DNA from: Ranitomeya imitator
Taxonomy: Eukaryota
Assembly: GCF_032444005.1 (NCBI RefSeq)
Contig: NC_091291.1
Span: forward strand, 43,586,001-43,650,000
Reading direction: 5' to 3'
DNA: 64,000 nucleotides
Part shown: positions 1-12,690 of the stretch, one piece after another
Numbering within the stretch: the stretch's first letter is position 1
How the letters are laid out: each line of letters starts with the position of its first letter
Notes under the pieces: generated by a model
Databases searched by the model: none
Seen by the model: the letters and a program-made list of their open reading frames with translations, nothing else
What the model was told of the DNA's origin: nothing
Position numbers and translations under genes: made by a program

Positions 1-1951
1 ACGCACCCTTGACCAAGTAGCTCCCCTCACCCTCAGAACCTCCAAACACAGCGTGAAACAGCCCTGGCTCACTCTCCACATTCGATCTCATCACAGAAGA
101 AGCCTCCAGGCTCCTCTCCTCTTCTTGTCCGACTACATGCACCACCGACCCCATTACCTCACATCTTTTCCAGTCTCTCTCTCCAGTCATCACAGCTCAC
201 CTAACTACAATCTTTAATCTCACCCTCTCCTCTGGCATTATCCCCTCCTCCTTCAAACACTCTATCATTACTCCATTACTAAAGAAACCCACCCTCGACC
301 CATCCTGCACAAACAACTACAGACCGGTCTCCAATCTCCCCTTCATCTCTAAACTTTTGGAGCGCCTGATATACTTCCACCTTACCCGTTACCTCTCCAC
401 TCACTCCCTCCTAGACCCTTCACAGTCCGGTTTCCGCCCCCTACATTCGACAGAAACTGCACTCATGAAAGTGACCAATGACCTTCTGACAGCAAAACGT
501 AACGGTGACCACTCTCTGCTCATTCTTCTCGACCTTTCTTCAGCTTTCGACACTGTTGACCACCCTCTCCTACTCGCTACGCTCCAGTCACTTGGCATTA
601 AGGACACTGCTCTCTCCTGGTTCTCCTCCTATCTTTCTGACCGCTCCTTCAGTGTTCTGTTCTCTGGCTCCACTTCATCTCCTCTTCCTCTCACTGTCGG
701 GGTACCTCAGGGCTCAGTTCTTGGCCCCCCCTTCTCTTCTCTCTCTACACGGCCCCAATTGGACAGACCATTAGCAGATTTGGCTTTCAGTACCATCTTT
801 ATACTGATGACACACAACTATATACGTCATCCCCTGACCTTACCCCCGCTGTACTACAGAACGCCACTGACTGTCTGTCCGCAGTCTCCAACATCATGTC
901 CGCTCTCTATCTGAAACTCAACCTCTCCAAATCTGAACTTCTTCTGCTCCCGCCATCTACTAACCTCCCTAAACCTGACGTTTCCCTCTCTGTGGGTGGC
1001 ACCATAATAACACCCCGGCAGCAGGCGCGCTGTTTGGGTGTTATGTTTGACTCCTATCTCTCCTTCATCTCCCATATGCAATCTCTTGCCCGCTTGTGCC
1101 GCTTACACCTAAAGAACATCTCTAGAATCCACCCTTTTCTCACCATGGAAACAACAAAAACCCTCACTGTCGCCCTGATCCACTCCCGCCTGGACTACTG
1201 TAATGCTCTACTAATTGGCCTCCCCCTCACTCGACTTTCCCCTCTCCAGTCCATCCTTAATGCAGCAGCCAGGGTCGTCCATCTGGCTAATCGTTACTCG
1301 GACGCGTCCGCTCTTCGCCAGTCGTTACACTGGCTGCCCATTCATTACAGGATACAATTCAAAGTACTTGTTCTCACCCACAAAGCTCTCCACAGTGCGG
1401 CACCCCCATACATCTCCTCCCTCATTTCGGTCTACCAGCCTAGCTGACCACTGCGCTCTGCAAATGACTTTCGACTAACCTCTGCACTAACCCGTACCTC
1501 CCACTCCCGACTCCAAGAGTTCTCCCGCGCTGCACCAATCCTCTGGAATGCTCTACCCCAAGATATTAGGACCATCCACAATTTGCATAGTTTTAGGCGC
1601 TCGCTCAAAACACATTTGTTCAGAACGGCCTATCACATTCAGTAATCAAAGTCATGTTATGTTTGTGTGTGTAGCCCATTCACTATCTCCATCTATCCCC
1701 CACCCCCTGAAGATGGCTGGACCATCATTGTAAATACATCATTGTAAATACACACCTGTACTTTGTATCTCCCCCACCTCATTGTAGATTGTAAGCTCTC
1801 ACGAGCAGGGTCGTCTTATTTTGTCTTATTTTGCTTTATTACTGTATTGTTAACGTTGTTACCTATGACTGTTGTGTTTGAAACTGTTCAACTGTAAAGC
1901 GCTGCGGAATATGTTGGGGCTATATAAATAAAGATTATTATTATTATTATT
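1..1951 (+). mobile_element. L2-clade LINE (family A), 3' portion, cut by window start
   Basis: RT-like peptides ([36 protein letters not shown]). 3' UTR ends in TGTAAAGCGCTGCGGAATATGTTGG...AATAAAG(ATT)n at 1893-1951. Highly similar to the split copy at 41499-53768. Confidence 0.93.
357..1447 (+). pseudogene. L2 ORF2 reverse transcriptase, frameshifted
   Basis: ORFs 357-914 and 896-1447 carry consecutive RT and C-terminal motifs. The frame breaks in the C-run just after GSVLGP (~725), and a stop ends the second ORF at 1447. Confidence 0.88.
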
Positions 1952-2704
1952 CTTTCCCTCCACTGATGATTTGAGAAATGAAACACGTTTGGAGACTATG
2001 GGGATATGGTCCAACATCTGGGACTCCTAATGGTGGGCTTTGAACTATACGGGGATCTCTGATTATCCACCCCCCACCCTCGGACTACCAGGAAAATCTT
2101 TGGAGTCATCTCATAAGACCGGGATGTTATGATGAACATGAACCCGGGCGAGATTGCTCCATTATAATTACAGGCATTTTGTTCACAGATTGTTTGTTTC
2201 ACGTGTGTGCACTTATGGGACTTACTGTATACAGTGGTAAAAGTTGTTATAGTGGCACTACTCAGCTTGCACAATTTTAGTACTAGACAGACTAATGAGG
2301 AATTGAGATTGTGCGGTATTGGATTTGATATTCATAGGATTCTGTGTGCCTGCTCTTGACATTTTATGTTAGTGTTGGTGTGTTGTTTCTTTGTCAGTCT
2401 TCCTTTTTTTTAACGAATTATTAATAAAAGGTATATTTTAAATACTTTATTAATTTCACCTCTACCTTGCTAAATTTTCAGTACTGGATTGGTAGATATT
2501 TTTGTATTATAACAGATTCCCTTTAAATACATATTGGCCTAGGGAGCAGAAGTTATTGTCCCTGGGGGACTGGGGTGTTTGTGGTTTGGAGAATGGTCCT
2601 AAAAAGATTTATTGGTGGATACAAAATGGATTTGTTTGTGAGTTGCAATGTATCCACACGATATGCCTCAACTTTTACCTCCAATTTGAGGATACAAAGA
2701 CTAG

Positions 2705-3242
2705 AAACACCTAAGTATATCCACCATATAAGGCCATGAAGTACATAGCAATAAATCACCAAATAAACACCTTCACACTGGACCAGTAAAATATACATAA
2801 TCTTTATTAAACACCATAAAAACAAGTATAAAAGGCTAGGTATATTACCACAAACACAGGCAGAAACGATGGGTAACCCAGGCTATAACCCCAACATGTA
2901 TACAATTAATCAAAATCTCTCTCTATATGTAGGACGAAGCATTTCAGTGCGAAACGCGCGTCGGGTGTGGTGGGTCCCCAGGAGTACTCCATTGGTAACT
3001 ATACCTATAATTATCATGCTATAATCTATATATTGTTATACTCATCAATATTGGTGCTTTTTGTACATGGTCGCACAACATTATCATATATATATAGATT
3101 TTGATTAATTGTATACATGTTGGGGTTATAGCCTGGGTTACCCATTGTTTCTGCCTGTGTTTGTGGTAATATACCTAGCCTTTTATACTTGTTTTTATGG
3201 TGTTTAATAAAGATTATGTATATTTTACTGGCCTAGAGTGAA
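2705..3242. mobile_element. Non-coding Penelope-like insertion with inverted pseudo-LTR segments
   Basis: 136-bp inverted repeat (2783-2918 / 3096-3231), hammerhead-like motif at 2933-2965, flanking 14-bp direct repeat GATACAAAGACTAG (2691-2704, 3243-3256). Confidence 0.7.
2933..2965 (+). ncRNA. Minimal hammerhead ribozyme remnant (5' of core truncated)
   Basis: GACGA-A-GCA tttcag TGC-GAAA-CGCGCG-TC-GGG: 3-bp stem II, palindromic stem III, GTC triplet. The CT of CTGANGA and the 5' strand of stem I are missing. Confidence 0.6.
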
Positions 3243-3801
3243 GATACAAAGACTAGTTTCTTGAAAAACCATTACCAAAAATATAGTATAATTCTACTCC
3301 CACTGAGTGACTACTGGTCACATGTGAGAAAAACTGACCGAGTTCCTATAGTGATTTCGATCACAGTTTGGCACGAGTTTCATCAGTTTTTCTCACGACG
3401 AAAAAAAAAATGTCACAATCTTTTTCCATCTAAGGGCGAAGTTAGACGGCCTTATAAATCGGGCCGAGAATGGACCTCATTGCACGGACTGGCCGGCGGC
3501 TCTCCTCACCCGAACGTTAAAGCTGCACAGAAATACATGAAGCTGTCACACTCGAGTCGGGAGAGCCGCGGCCAGTCCGAGGATTGTGGTCTGATTTATA
3601 CTGCCTGTCTGACTGTACCGTAACAGTTTGTGAAAATCGGAACGCACTTGGAAGTCATCCGAGTGTGGGCCAATTTTTTTTCATTGACCCGTAGACTTGC
3701 ATTGTTGATTTTGATCCAACACTTGGATCAATATCAGACATGTCTCAGCATTTTAGTGCAGCTCAAAAAATCGTGGGCATGGGAATGACCCCCTTCACTA
3801 G

Positions 3802-5600
3802 TATTATTATTATTATTATTATTTATTATTATAGCGCCATTTATTCCATGGCGCTTTACATGTGAGGAGGGGTATACATAATAAAACAAGTACAATAATC
3901 TTGAAAAATACAAGTCACAACTGGTACAGGAGGAGAGAGGACCCTGCCCGCGAGGGCTCACAATCTACAAGGGATGGGTGAGGATACAGTAGGTGAGGGT
4001 AGAGCTGGCCGTGCAGCGGTTTGGTCAATCGGTGGTTACTGCAGGTTGTAGGCTTGTCGGAAGAGGTGGGTCTTCAGGTTCTTTTTGAAGGTTTCGATGG
4101 TAGGCGAGAGTCTGATATGTTGTGGTAGAGCATTCCAGAGTAGGGGGGATGCACGAGAGAAATCTTGTATGCGATTGTGGGAAGAGGAGATAATAGGGGA
4201 GTAGAGAAGGAGATCTTGTGAGGATCGGAGGTTGCGTGCAGGAAAGTACCGGGAGACGAGGTCACAGATGTATGGAGGAGACAGGTTGTGGATGGCTTTA
4301 TATGTCATGGTTAGGCTTTTGTACTGGAGTCTCTGGGTGATGGGGAGCCAGTGCAGGGATTGACAGAGGGGAGAGGCCGGGGAATAGCGGGGGGACAGGT
4401 GGATTAGTCGGGCAGCAGAGTTTAGAATAGATTGGAGGGGTGCAAGAGTGTTAGAGGGGAGGCCACAGAGCAGGAGGTTACAGTAGTCAAGGCGGGAGAT
4501 GATGAGGGCATGGACTAGGGTTTTTGCAGATTCTTGGTTTAGGAATGTGCGGATCCGTGAAATATTTTTGAGTTGGAGGCGGCAGGAAGTGGAAAGGGTT
4601 TGGATATGTGGTTTAAAGGAGAGATCAGTGTCAAGGATTACCCCAAGACAGCGGGCTTGTGGGACTGGGGAGAGTGGGCAGCCGTTTACTGTAATGGATA
4701 GGTTCGTTGGGGAGATCGCGTGAGATGGGGGAAAGATGATGAATTCTGTTTTGTCCATGTTAAGTTTTAGAAATCTAGTGGAGAAGAAGGATGAAATAGC
4801 AGACAGACATTGAGGGATTCTGGTTAGTAGGGAGGTGATATCTGGTCCAGAGATGTAGATCTGTGTGTCGTCAGCATAGAGATGATACTGAAAGCCGTGA
4901 GATTCTATGAGCTGTCCCAGGCCAAAGGTGTAGATGGAGAAGAGCAGGGGTCCTAGAACTGAACCTTGCGGGACTCCGACAGATAGGGGGCGAGGTGAGG
5001 AGGTGGTGTGTGAGTGGGAGACGCTGAATGTACGGTCAGTTAGGTATGATGAGATCCAGGATACGGCCAAGTCTGTGATGCCAAGGGATGAGAGGGTCTG
5101 CAGCAGCAGGGAATGGTCCACTGTGTCAAAGGCAGAGGACAGGTCCAGGAGGAGGAGGACAGAGTAGTGTCGCTTGCTCTTGGCGGTTAATAGGTCATTG
5201 GTGACCTTAGTTAGGGCAGTTTCAGTGGAGTGGTGTGACCGGAAGCCTGATTGAAAGCGGTCGAAGAAGGAGCAAGAAGATAGATGGGAGGACAGTTCAA
5301 TATGGACATGTTGTTCCAGTAGTTTTGAGGCAAAGGGGAGAAGTGATATAGGGCGATAGCTAGATACAGAGGATGGGTCAAGAGAGGGCTTTTTGAGGAT
5401 AGGTGTGATTGTGGCATGTTTAAAGCTTGAGGGGAAAATGCCAGTTGTTAGTGATAGGTTAAAGAGATGGGTTAGGGTTGGGATGAAGACTGTGGTGAGG
5501 TTTGGGATGAAGTGGGATGGGAGTGGGTCAAGTGCACAGGTGGTGAGATGCGATCTTGAGAGTAGAGTGGAGAGTCCGTCTTCTGTAATGGTGGAGAAGT
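3802..5600 (-). mobile_element. L2-clade LINE (family B), 5'-truncated
   Basis: Minus-strand RT peptide, (AAT)n tail at 3802-3832, terminal stem-loop AGCGCCAT-GGAATAA-ATGGCGCT (3833-3855). Upstream sequence translates to [30 protein letters not shown]. Confidence 0.93.
4036..5121 (-). CDS. L2 ORF2 RT plus C-terminal domain (partial, 361 aa open)
   Basis: [48 protein letters not shown] motifs. The 5' part of ORF2 is absent or disrupted. Confidence 0.85.
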   Translation of the reverse strand: MDHSLLLQTLSSLGITDLAVSWISSYLTDRTFSVSHSHTTSSPRPLSVGVPQGSVLGPLLFSIYTFGLGQLIESHGFQYHLYADDTQIYISGPDITSLLTRIPQCLSAISSFFSTRFLKLNMDKTEFIIFPPSHAISPTNLSITVNGCPLSPVPQARCLGVILDTDLSFKPHIQTLSTSCRLQLKNISRIRTFLNQESAKTLVHALIISRLDYCNLLLCGLPSNTLAPLQSILNSAARLIHLSPRYSPASPLCQSLHWLPITQRLQYKSLTMTYKAIHNLSPPYICDLVSRYFPARNLRSSQDLLLYSPIISSSHNRIQDFSRASPLLWNALPQHIRLSPTIETFKKNLKTHLFRQAYNLQ

Positions 5601-8600
5601 TGGTATAGGTACAGGTGCTACTGTGAATAACATAGATAGTACTCGTACGAAAAAAGCTGACATGAGAATGAGGCCTTGGTTAATAGCATATGCCGTAAGG
5701 TGAACAGTGAGGGCACAGAGCCTCAGGGGCAATGCCGTATGTATTATCATGTCCCCTTGAAGCGATCGATGCGCCCCCATTAATTCAGCGCTGATGAGGT
5801 TGTAGGTGTATTAGGAAGCATGTGAATATTCATAAGGCCTGTATTAATTTATGACTAGATCTGTTAGTACTCTGCACAGTAGCAAATGTCACCTTTGTAA
5901 TAAATAACTTTTTTTGCTGTAAAGATCTAACTTTCTTCTTATCTCTCTATGTTACCATTCATCACTTAGAGTTTTAACATAACCTCTGGTGGTTTGGAAT
6001 ATATGTTTTGTTCTGAACCTGATGTCCTTGAAGATTACACTTGCGTTACATTGACTATGTGTCCCTCATTTATGCAGAAGAAAAAAGGTTATTCTTTAGT
6101 TAGAGAGCAAGAATCCTTAAAATACAAAATACCTGGATATACAACGCCCTTGAGTTGTCCTTTTGTTTGAAGTTTTCTAATACTCTACTCGAGCACATAA
6201 ATTAGGCATTAAAGCGGTTGTCCGGTTTCAAAGAAAAAGATATCCCAGAGGCTGTATATGCTGTAGAAGAACACAATTAGCATTACTTACTGAAGCCATT
6301 GACACTCCAGCGGCGCCTCGCCGCTACTCCCGTGAGTCCTTATTGAAATGGCTGCAGTGGTCATGTCTCGTGGACCACCAATTACCACTCTCTGCATTGT
6401 CAATGTGATTGGTTGCAGTGGTCATGTGCTGTAGACAGCATGTCACCACTTTATCTATGTCAACCAAGACCAACAGCGAGACGGTGCCGGAGCAGCAGGA
6501 ATCTCAGTAGACAAGTTTTAAGGAGCTCCAGCCTTTGGGTCATTATTTTTAGGACTGGGATTTTTCAAGTTTGGAAGTTATCCAAGGGAAATGGGATATC
6601 TTCCAGATTACTGGGGGTATGATCACAGTGAACACCATCGTTCCTAAGCAGCATGGCTCTGAAGAACCCCGTGTGAATGGAGCGTTGGTTAAACGTGTTC
6701 ACCTCCACTCCATTCTTTCTTAATGGGACAGCCGAAGATAGAGGAAACCTGAGCTTGGCTGGTCTTCAGCAGCACTGAAGAATGAGTGGTAGAGGTAGGG
6801 AACCTTCTTCTTTGTTTTTTCTTGTTCTTATAATGAAACTTGGATCAAACTTTGATTTTCTGATTTAACTCTGAACAAAATCACTGATGAAACTAGGACC
6901 ATTTTCTCATACATGAAAAAAAAAACGGGCATCAGAATGAGCCCAAAGAAAGTAGTCACGTGGTTCCCCTTAAATGAAACAGTGGCTGACTGTATTGGTT
7001 AAAAAAGAGCAACTTAATTTTTACCTTTTTTTTATACAACAGTAGCACAACATGCTTGATGGTTACAGTTTTCTGTAGAGCACAAGAACTTGGTGGTTGC
7101 ACTTCGCTCTAAGTGGCACCATTGGTTGTAACATAAATATAAGACCATTTTTTATTAAATAAAATAGTACTTTTTATAGATCTAGGCACACCTGTAGGTT
7201 ACAATATAATTAGATGAGAGAATCTCCAGCTAATTATGGGGTAGTTTACTGATCAAATTGACAGCAACATTATTGGATAAGGCATAAAAAATGCATGTAC
7301 CTAAATGACCTGCAAAATAAAACTCTGGTTACATGGCTGTCAATTCTCTCATGCATGCCAGATCGGCATGAGAAAAAAAGGGGCCCCATAGTATAGCATT
7401 GGCCGAGTGCTATTCGATAAAACATCAGCTCTTAGCAGTGTTATACGGTCGTGTGAGTGAGTCCTAAAGCATACACTCAACATACAACTTTTATGAGCAA
7501 CAAAAAAAGTCAGCGTCAAAAGAGGACGATAACACCAGCTACAAGAACACAATACTCTTACTCAGGGGAACTTCTGTGAAATGTGTCTTGGAAATGAACC
7601 GTGGTGGGCATCATGTTTGGAGGCAGTCCCATAGAGAATGAATGGAGTGACGGTAAAGCATGTGAACTGTGGTGAATTTCAGATAATAGTGCCCCGTTAG
7701 GGCAATAAATAAGGTCTCAGCAGTAGGATCCTTCTTGTGACCAGAATACCACTTTAAGATGAATATATTTAGGGGAGAACCTCAGATCACCTGCTTTTCT
7801 TGTCCATGCTCATTTTAAAAATTGATATGGCTTTACTTAAGGAATCCTTTGTTTTTTTGTGAAAAATCTGTGTACATGGAATTGGCCTCCAAAGTCAAAG
7901 TCAAAGTCAAAGATACCTCCAAAGTCAAATGAAAAGAAAGAGGTGCTATATACTAAAAAAGAAAGGTGATGCCCGATCAATTTGAATATTTCAGCCAGAT
8001 ACACCCTCATTTGTTCTTCTGGGGAAAAACAAGATTTCCAATATCTGATTATGCCTTCAACCTGACCAATGAGCTGTTGTTTCCTGAAGGAAATTACGCC
8101 TGACCACTAGTAACTTGCAGATCGATTTCCAGAATCTGGAGCTAAATGGAACTCCTCTGTCCGACATGATGTGCTTAAGATGGCCATTTGGGAAGAAAAT
8201 GTGCTTTACTAACAGGAAGCCAGACAAGTTGCAGAAGAAAGGTCAGTCAGTGGAATAAAGTGTGCCATTTTGAAGAATCAATAGGGAGTAGTAAGCCAGC
8301 AGTTATTTTCTTTAGGCACAAAAGTGACAATTTGCTAAAAAGCTGTTGGCTTTACAAGTTAGAGAAGACCACCGGCAATGTTGAGAGATCCAGTCCAACG
8401 TTAGACCACTTGGAGGTGGCCAGACTGGCCCAAGTGTGTGTCTCTTCTCTCCAGGAACAATATTTTTACCGGGGGGAATATATTTGAGTATGGCTAGATC
8501 TGTAGGTAGAATACAAATAGATTTTAAAATGTATTACAGCTCAGTAGCTTGATGTCCTGGGATTAAGAAAAATGGGAAGGAGCAACTACCTTTGAAATTT

Positions 8601-9482
8601 TTGTCAAACAGGTGATAGTGTAAGAAAGCGTCAAACTGGATGAAAAACAATGACCATGTGTTTGGTGATGATTCAAACAATGTGAGGTTCTGCGATAAAA
8701 AAAAAAATATGATCATTGTAGATCACCGAATGTTAAGAGCCCTTTGGTCGATTCTGCCACCGAAGAACAAGAAGGAGTGATGGCAGGCAAAGTGCCTTCA
8801 CAACGGTAAATGTGCAGAATGTCAGAGTGCACGTCCGGTGCACTGATGTGATCAGTACAGACCGGTCAATACGATACAGAACAGGAACCTACTAGAACTT
8901 ATTCCTTATCTTGTTGGAAACAACAGCAAAATGCCTTGCTTAAATTTGTGGCTGCACATCTAAATAATCTCTCCTACAGGTAGGTGAGTGTAGACAATAA
9001 ATAAAACTAGGAAAAGCTAGCTCTCAGGTATTGATGCTCTTTGTAAAATGTATTTAGGTTACAACCAGCAGGGTGATATAGGGTCTGTCTACTATATACT
9101 CAAAACATTGCATATGTATGTGATGCACATTTTCTTGGCAGGATAATCAAATTAAATATCACAAAATGCATCAATATCGGAGTGCCATCTCTTTTTTTTA
9201 CATTATTGTGCCTTATTGATCAGGCCCAAAGCAATTGGGGGAGGATTCCTTATAAAACCAAGAACAAGAGATAATTGGAGGGTGAAAAGGGTTTTTGGTG
9301 CTACTGGTCCTTTTAGAAGAGAAATGCAAGTGTCAAGAGAGATGTGAATAGAAGCACATGGGGCAGCTCTCAGGAGAATGCCACCCTTTGGTGGATGGAA
9401 GGTGAATGCAACATTGCATTCTCAAAGGTCAAACTTTAGTGGCCTCAGATCTCTATTTCTGTGAGTAGACCATCCCAGTCCA

Positions 9483-9568
9483 TTTCTGCAGTTAGATTAT
9501 CACTGTTCACTTCTGCAGGTAGAATATCACTGTTCACTTCTGTGGATAGAATATCACTGTCTACTTCT
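9483..9568. repeat. 27-bp tandem repeat, about 3 copies
   Basis: CACTTCTGCAGGTAGAATATCACTGTT-like units. Confidence 0.7.
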
Positions 9569-9680
9569 ACTTTTAGGGGCCTTCACATTGCACGTAGGCA
9601 CCTGTTCAGCGGCTCATGTCAGGGCTTACATCTGAACCACCCGCAAAATGTGATTCAGAATATGCACCGACTGGGCCATA

Positions 9681-10465
9681 CAGGGCCGGCGTCAGCACCC
9701 GGCGTACCCGGGCAAGTGCCGGGGCCCTGGCGAGACAGGGGTGCCCATTCAGGGCTGGCATTAGGGGCAGGCTGCCCGCATGCGGCCTCTGAGGCAGGCA
9801 TCTGCAGTCCGAGGTGCATGCTAGAAGAGAGGAGGCAGAGGCAGCACGGAGCTCTGGGACTTTTGCAGCTGCTGGAGAGCCGCCCACAATCCATCGCCAT
9901 GGATACGCAGAGTAGAGTGACTTCCGACCATCCAGTGCCCGGAGAATGAGCCGAGCGTTGCCAAACAGGAAGTGTGCAGCACCTGCCACCTGGAACAAAG
10001 GATTGCGGGGGGATGCAGAGCCTGGCTGGGAGGACAAGGTATGGGCTCTTATATACTGGTTGTGCTGTGTTATATACTACGTGGGCTGCTATATGCTACG
10101 TTGGCTGCTATATACTACATGGACTGCGCTGCTATATACTACGTGGGCTGGGCTGCTATATGCTACGTGGGCTGCTATATGCTACGTGGGCTGCTATATA
10201 CTACGTGGGCTGGGCTGCTATATACTGCGTGGGCTGCTATATGCTACGTGGGCTGCTATATGCTACGTGGGCTGCTATATACTACGTTGGCTGCTATATA
10301 CTACATGGGCTGCTATATACTACGTGGGCTGCTATATACTATGTGGACTGTGTTATATACTACATGGCTGTGTTTATATGCGATCATGAATCGTGGTATG
10401 TGTTAAAGGGGGGGCCCACTGAGACTCTTTCGCCCGGGGCCCTCAAAAACCTGGAGCCGGCCCTG
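9681..10465. mobile_element. Non-autonomous hAT-type element
   Basis: Perfect 10-bp TIR CAGGGCCGGC / GCCGGCCCTG. Flanks share GCCATA (GGGCCATA left, GCCATA right; an 8-bp TSD with two G lost would fit). Contains an internal minisatellite. Confidence 0.8.
10070..10375. repeat. Minisatellite of 18/23-bp units (CTATATACTACGTGGGCTG)
   Basis: About 15 variant units inside the hAT element; explains the overlapping YTTWAA-type ORFs. Confidence 0.92.
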
Positions 10466-10479
10466 GCCATAGACTATAA

Positions 10480-10884
10480 TTGTTTACCTCGACGGATGGC
10501 AGGGTATTTAAAATCACACATACCATCACCTGCACTACCACGGTTGTGGTATATTATGCCGTATGTCCCTGTGTGAAAATCTATGTGGGTTTGAAGACAC
10601 GTGCCCTGAAGGTTAGAGTAAGGGAACACATAAGGGACATAGTAGCGGCTAAAGAGGAGAACAATATTGATGTACTTAAAAGTGTACCTAGGCACTTCAA
10701 ACAATTTCATGGCTGTGATCCTAGTGTCTTCCAGGTTAGAGGTATTGATTGTATCCGTATGGACCTTCTGGGGGGAAATATTGGTCGCCTTTTAGCCCAG
10801 AAAGAGGCCCGTTGGATTTGGAAATTACGTACTATGCAACCGCAGGGTTTAAATGAGGTTATAAGTTATGCCCCGTTTATTTGA
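10480..10884 (+). CDS. Penelope-type GIY-YIG endonuclease domain (fragment)
   Basis: ITCTTTVVVYYAVCPCVKIYVGLKTRALKVRVREH...HF...KEARWIWKLRTMQPQGLN matches the GIY-YIG pattern VIY-C-C-YVG-T-R-L-R-EH...E-WI-L-P-GLN. Confidence 0.85.
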   Translation: MFTSTDGRVFKITHTITCTTTVVVYYAVCPCVKIYVGLKTRALKVRVREHIRDIVAAKEENNIDVLKSVPRHFKQFHGCDPSVFQVRGIDCIRMDLLGGNIGRLLAQKEARWIWKLRTMQPQGLNEVISYAPFI

Positions 10885-11690
10885 ACTAATTCCCCGCCAG
10901 AGTTTTAAATGGCCTCGTCAGGGTTTTTTTTAATGTATGTATGCTTTATGTTTTTAATATTATTTTTTCTTTTTTTTTAGTTCATTTATATTGTTCACTA
11001 TTCATTATTGCCGTTCATGGTGGAACTTCGGATGATTTGGAGCATGAAGATCAGTATCCGAGTACAGGATTGAGGGATATATAATAAGAGGACTATTATA
11101 TTATCTATATAATTTTATAATTGTATGTATCTTTTAATATTGCACTAGGCACTTTTATATATAATCATATAATGTGCACCTTAATAATAATATTGTTGCT
11201 ATAGGCACTAAGTACTCATTTATGTATTTTTATGATATTGTATTTGAATAATGTGTGTATATATTTATTTATATGAAGTACATCACTCATATTTTCACTT
11301 ACATTGGCATTATCTAACTTATATTGTATATTATTACTTATTCAGCCATTCACATGCAACTTACATATAACGATTTATGTTTAGTTTAAATCTTCCCCCA
11401 TCCTTTTAAGTTTTCCCTTCTGAGCTGTGCGCATGCGCGCTGTTGGTAGGTTGCCTGGCATCGCTGACGGTGTCTCTATTCCACTGCCTTTGTGCGTACA
11501 AGGACCTTCCCACGTGATTGTGGGCGGTTTCCTATTTTCTGCACTGGCATAGGCTAATGACGCCCATGGTGTTGCGGCAGGCGCCAGACTTCAGCAGCGC
11601 ATGTGCCGTTACAAGCCAGATCGCTCTCCTTATTTCCTCCTGATTGGTTAGCCTGTGTATTTAAGCTCCACAGGATCTGACGATGCCATT

Positions 11691-11726
11691 CCCCCGGAAG
11701 AAGGCACGTAAGCCGAAACGGCCGTT
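11691..11726 (+). ncRNA. Degenerate minimal hammerhead ribozyme in Penelope pseudo-LTR
   Basis: C-GGAAGA-A-GGC acgtaa GCC-GAAA-CGGCCG-TT. Core CTGANGA has T>G; stem III is the palindrome ACGGCCGT. Confidence 0.62.
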
Positions 11727-11950
11727 ATATCTCAGTGATCAAAATGCACTTTGGAACGAATCTGCCGGCCGGCAGATTCGGCGGGCGCACTGCGCCAGCT
11801 TTCCTTCATCATAACCAAACTGCTCTTAGAGACGGGATGGCACAATTCACTTTCCGTTCTCTAAATAGCCAATGGCACCTGCTTTCTCACCGCTGGATAT
11901 CCCACATAGCTGCTTTGCCTTTCCCTGGGTGGGGTTTCATCCAGCAAACC

Positions 11951-12690
11951 TGTTATGGCTGGCAATCAGGCAACACAGCGTGCAGTAATCAGCGCACATA
12001 CAGAGATCTGGCAATAACCAAAAACAATAGGACGAGCTCTGAGACGTGGAATCTCTGTAGACTGCAGTACCTGATCTATCCTCACACAACTATAAGCAGC
12101 AGTGGATTGCGCCTAACAACTACCTATGCAACTCGGCACTGCCTGAGGAGCTGACTAGCCTGAAGATAGAAATACAAGCCTGACTTACCTCAGAGAAAAA
12201 CCCCAAAGAAATAGGCAGCCCCCCACATATAATGACTGTTAGCAAGATGAAAAGACAAACGTAGGAATGAAATAGATTCAGCAAAGTGAGGCCCGATATT
12301 CTAGACAGAGCGAGGATAGCAAAGAGAACTATGCAGTCTACAAAAAACCCTAAAACGAAAACCACGCAAAGGGGCAAAAAGACCCACTAACAGCACGGCG
12401 GTGCACCCCTCTGCTTCTCAGAGCTTCCAGCAAAAGACAATAGCAAGCTGGACAGAAAAAAACAGAAAACAAACTAGAAGCACTTATCTAGCAGAGCAGC
12501 AGGCCCAAGGAAAGATGCAGTAGCTCAGATCCAACACTGGAACATTGACAAGGAGCAAGGAAGACAGACTCAGGTGGAGCTAAATAGCAAGGCAGCCAAC
12601 GAGCTCACCAAAACACCTGAGGGAGGAAGCCCAGAGACTGCAATACCACTTGTGACCACAGAAGTGAACTCAGCCACAGAATTCACAACA
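11951..12690 (-). repeat. Gypsy-1 3' LTR (740 bp)
   Basis: Matches 16883-17632; adjacent to polypurine tract. Confidence 0.95.

Larger units (their letters stand above)
10472..11726 (+). mobile_element. Penelope-like retroelement, 3' fragment (GIY-YIG, AT-rich UTR, pseudo-LTR)
   Basis: GIY-YIG ORF, then AT-rich 3' region, then CpG-rich pseudo-LTR with ATTGG (11643) and TATTTAA (11658) boxes and a hammerhead-like motif. Confidence 0.82.

Noticed and set aside
6200-7780. Several single MITE-like termini (TTAAAGCGGTTGTCC, CGTGTGAGTGAGTCCTAA, AATACCACTTTAA)
   Set aside because: Probably Kolobok/T2 and Harbinger-type remnants, but I could not pair the ends or find TSDs, so they are not annotated.
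9946-10576. Three overlapping Tyr/Trp/Cys-rich ORFs
   Set aside because: Products of the 18/23-bp minisatellite inside a hAT element.
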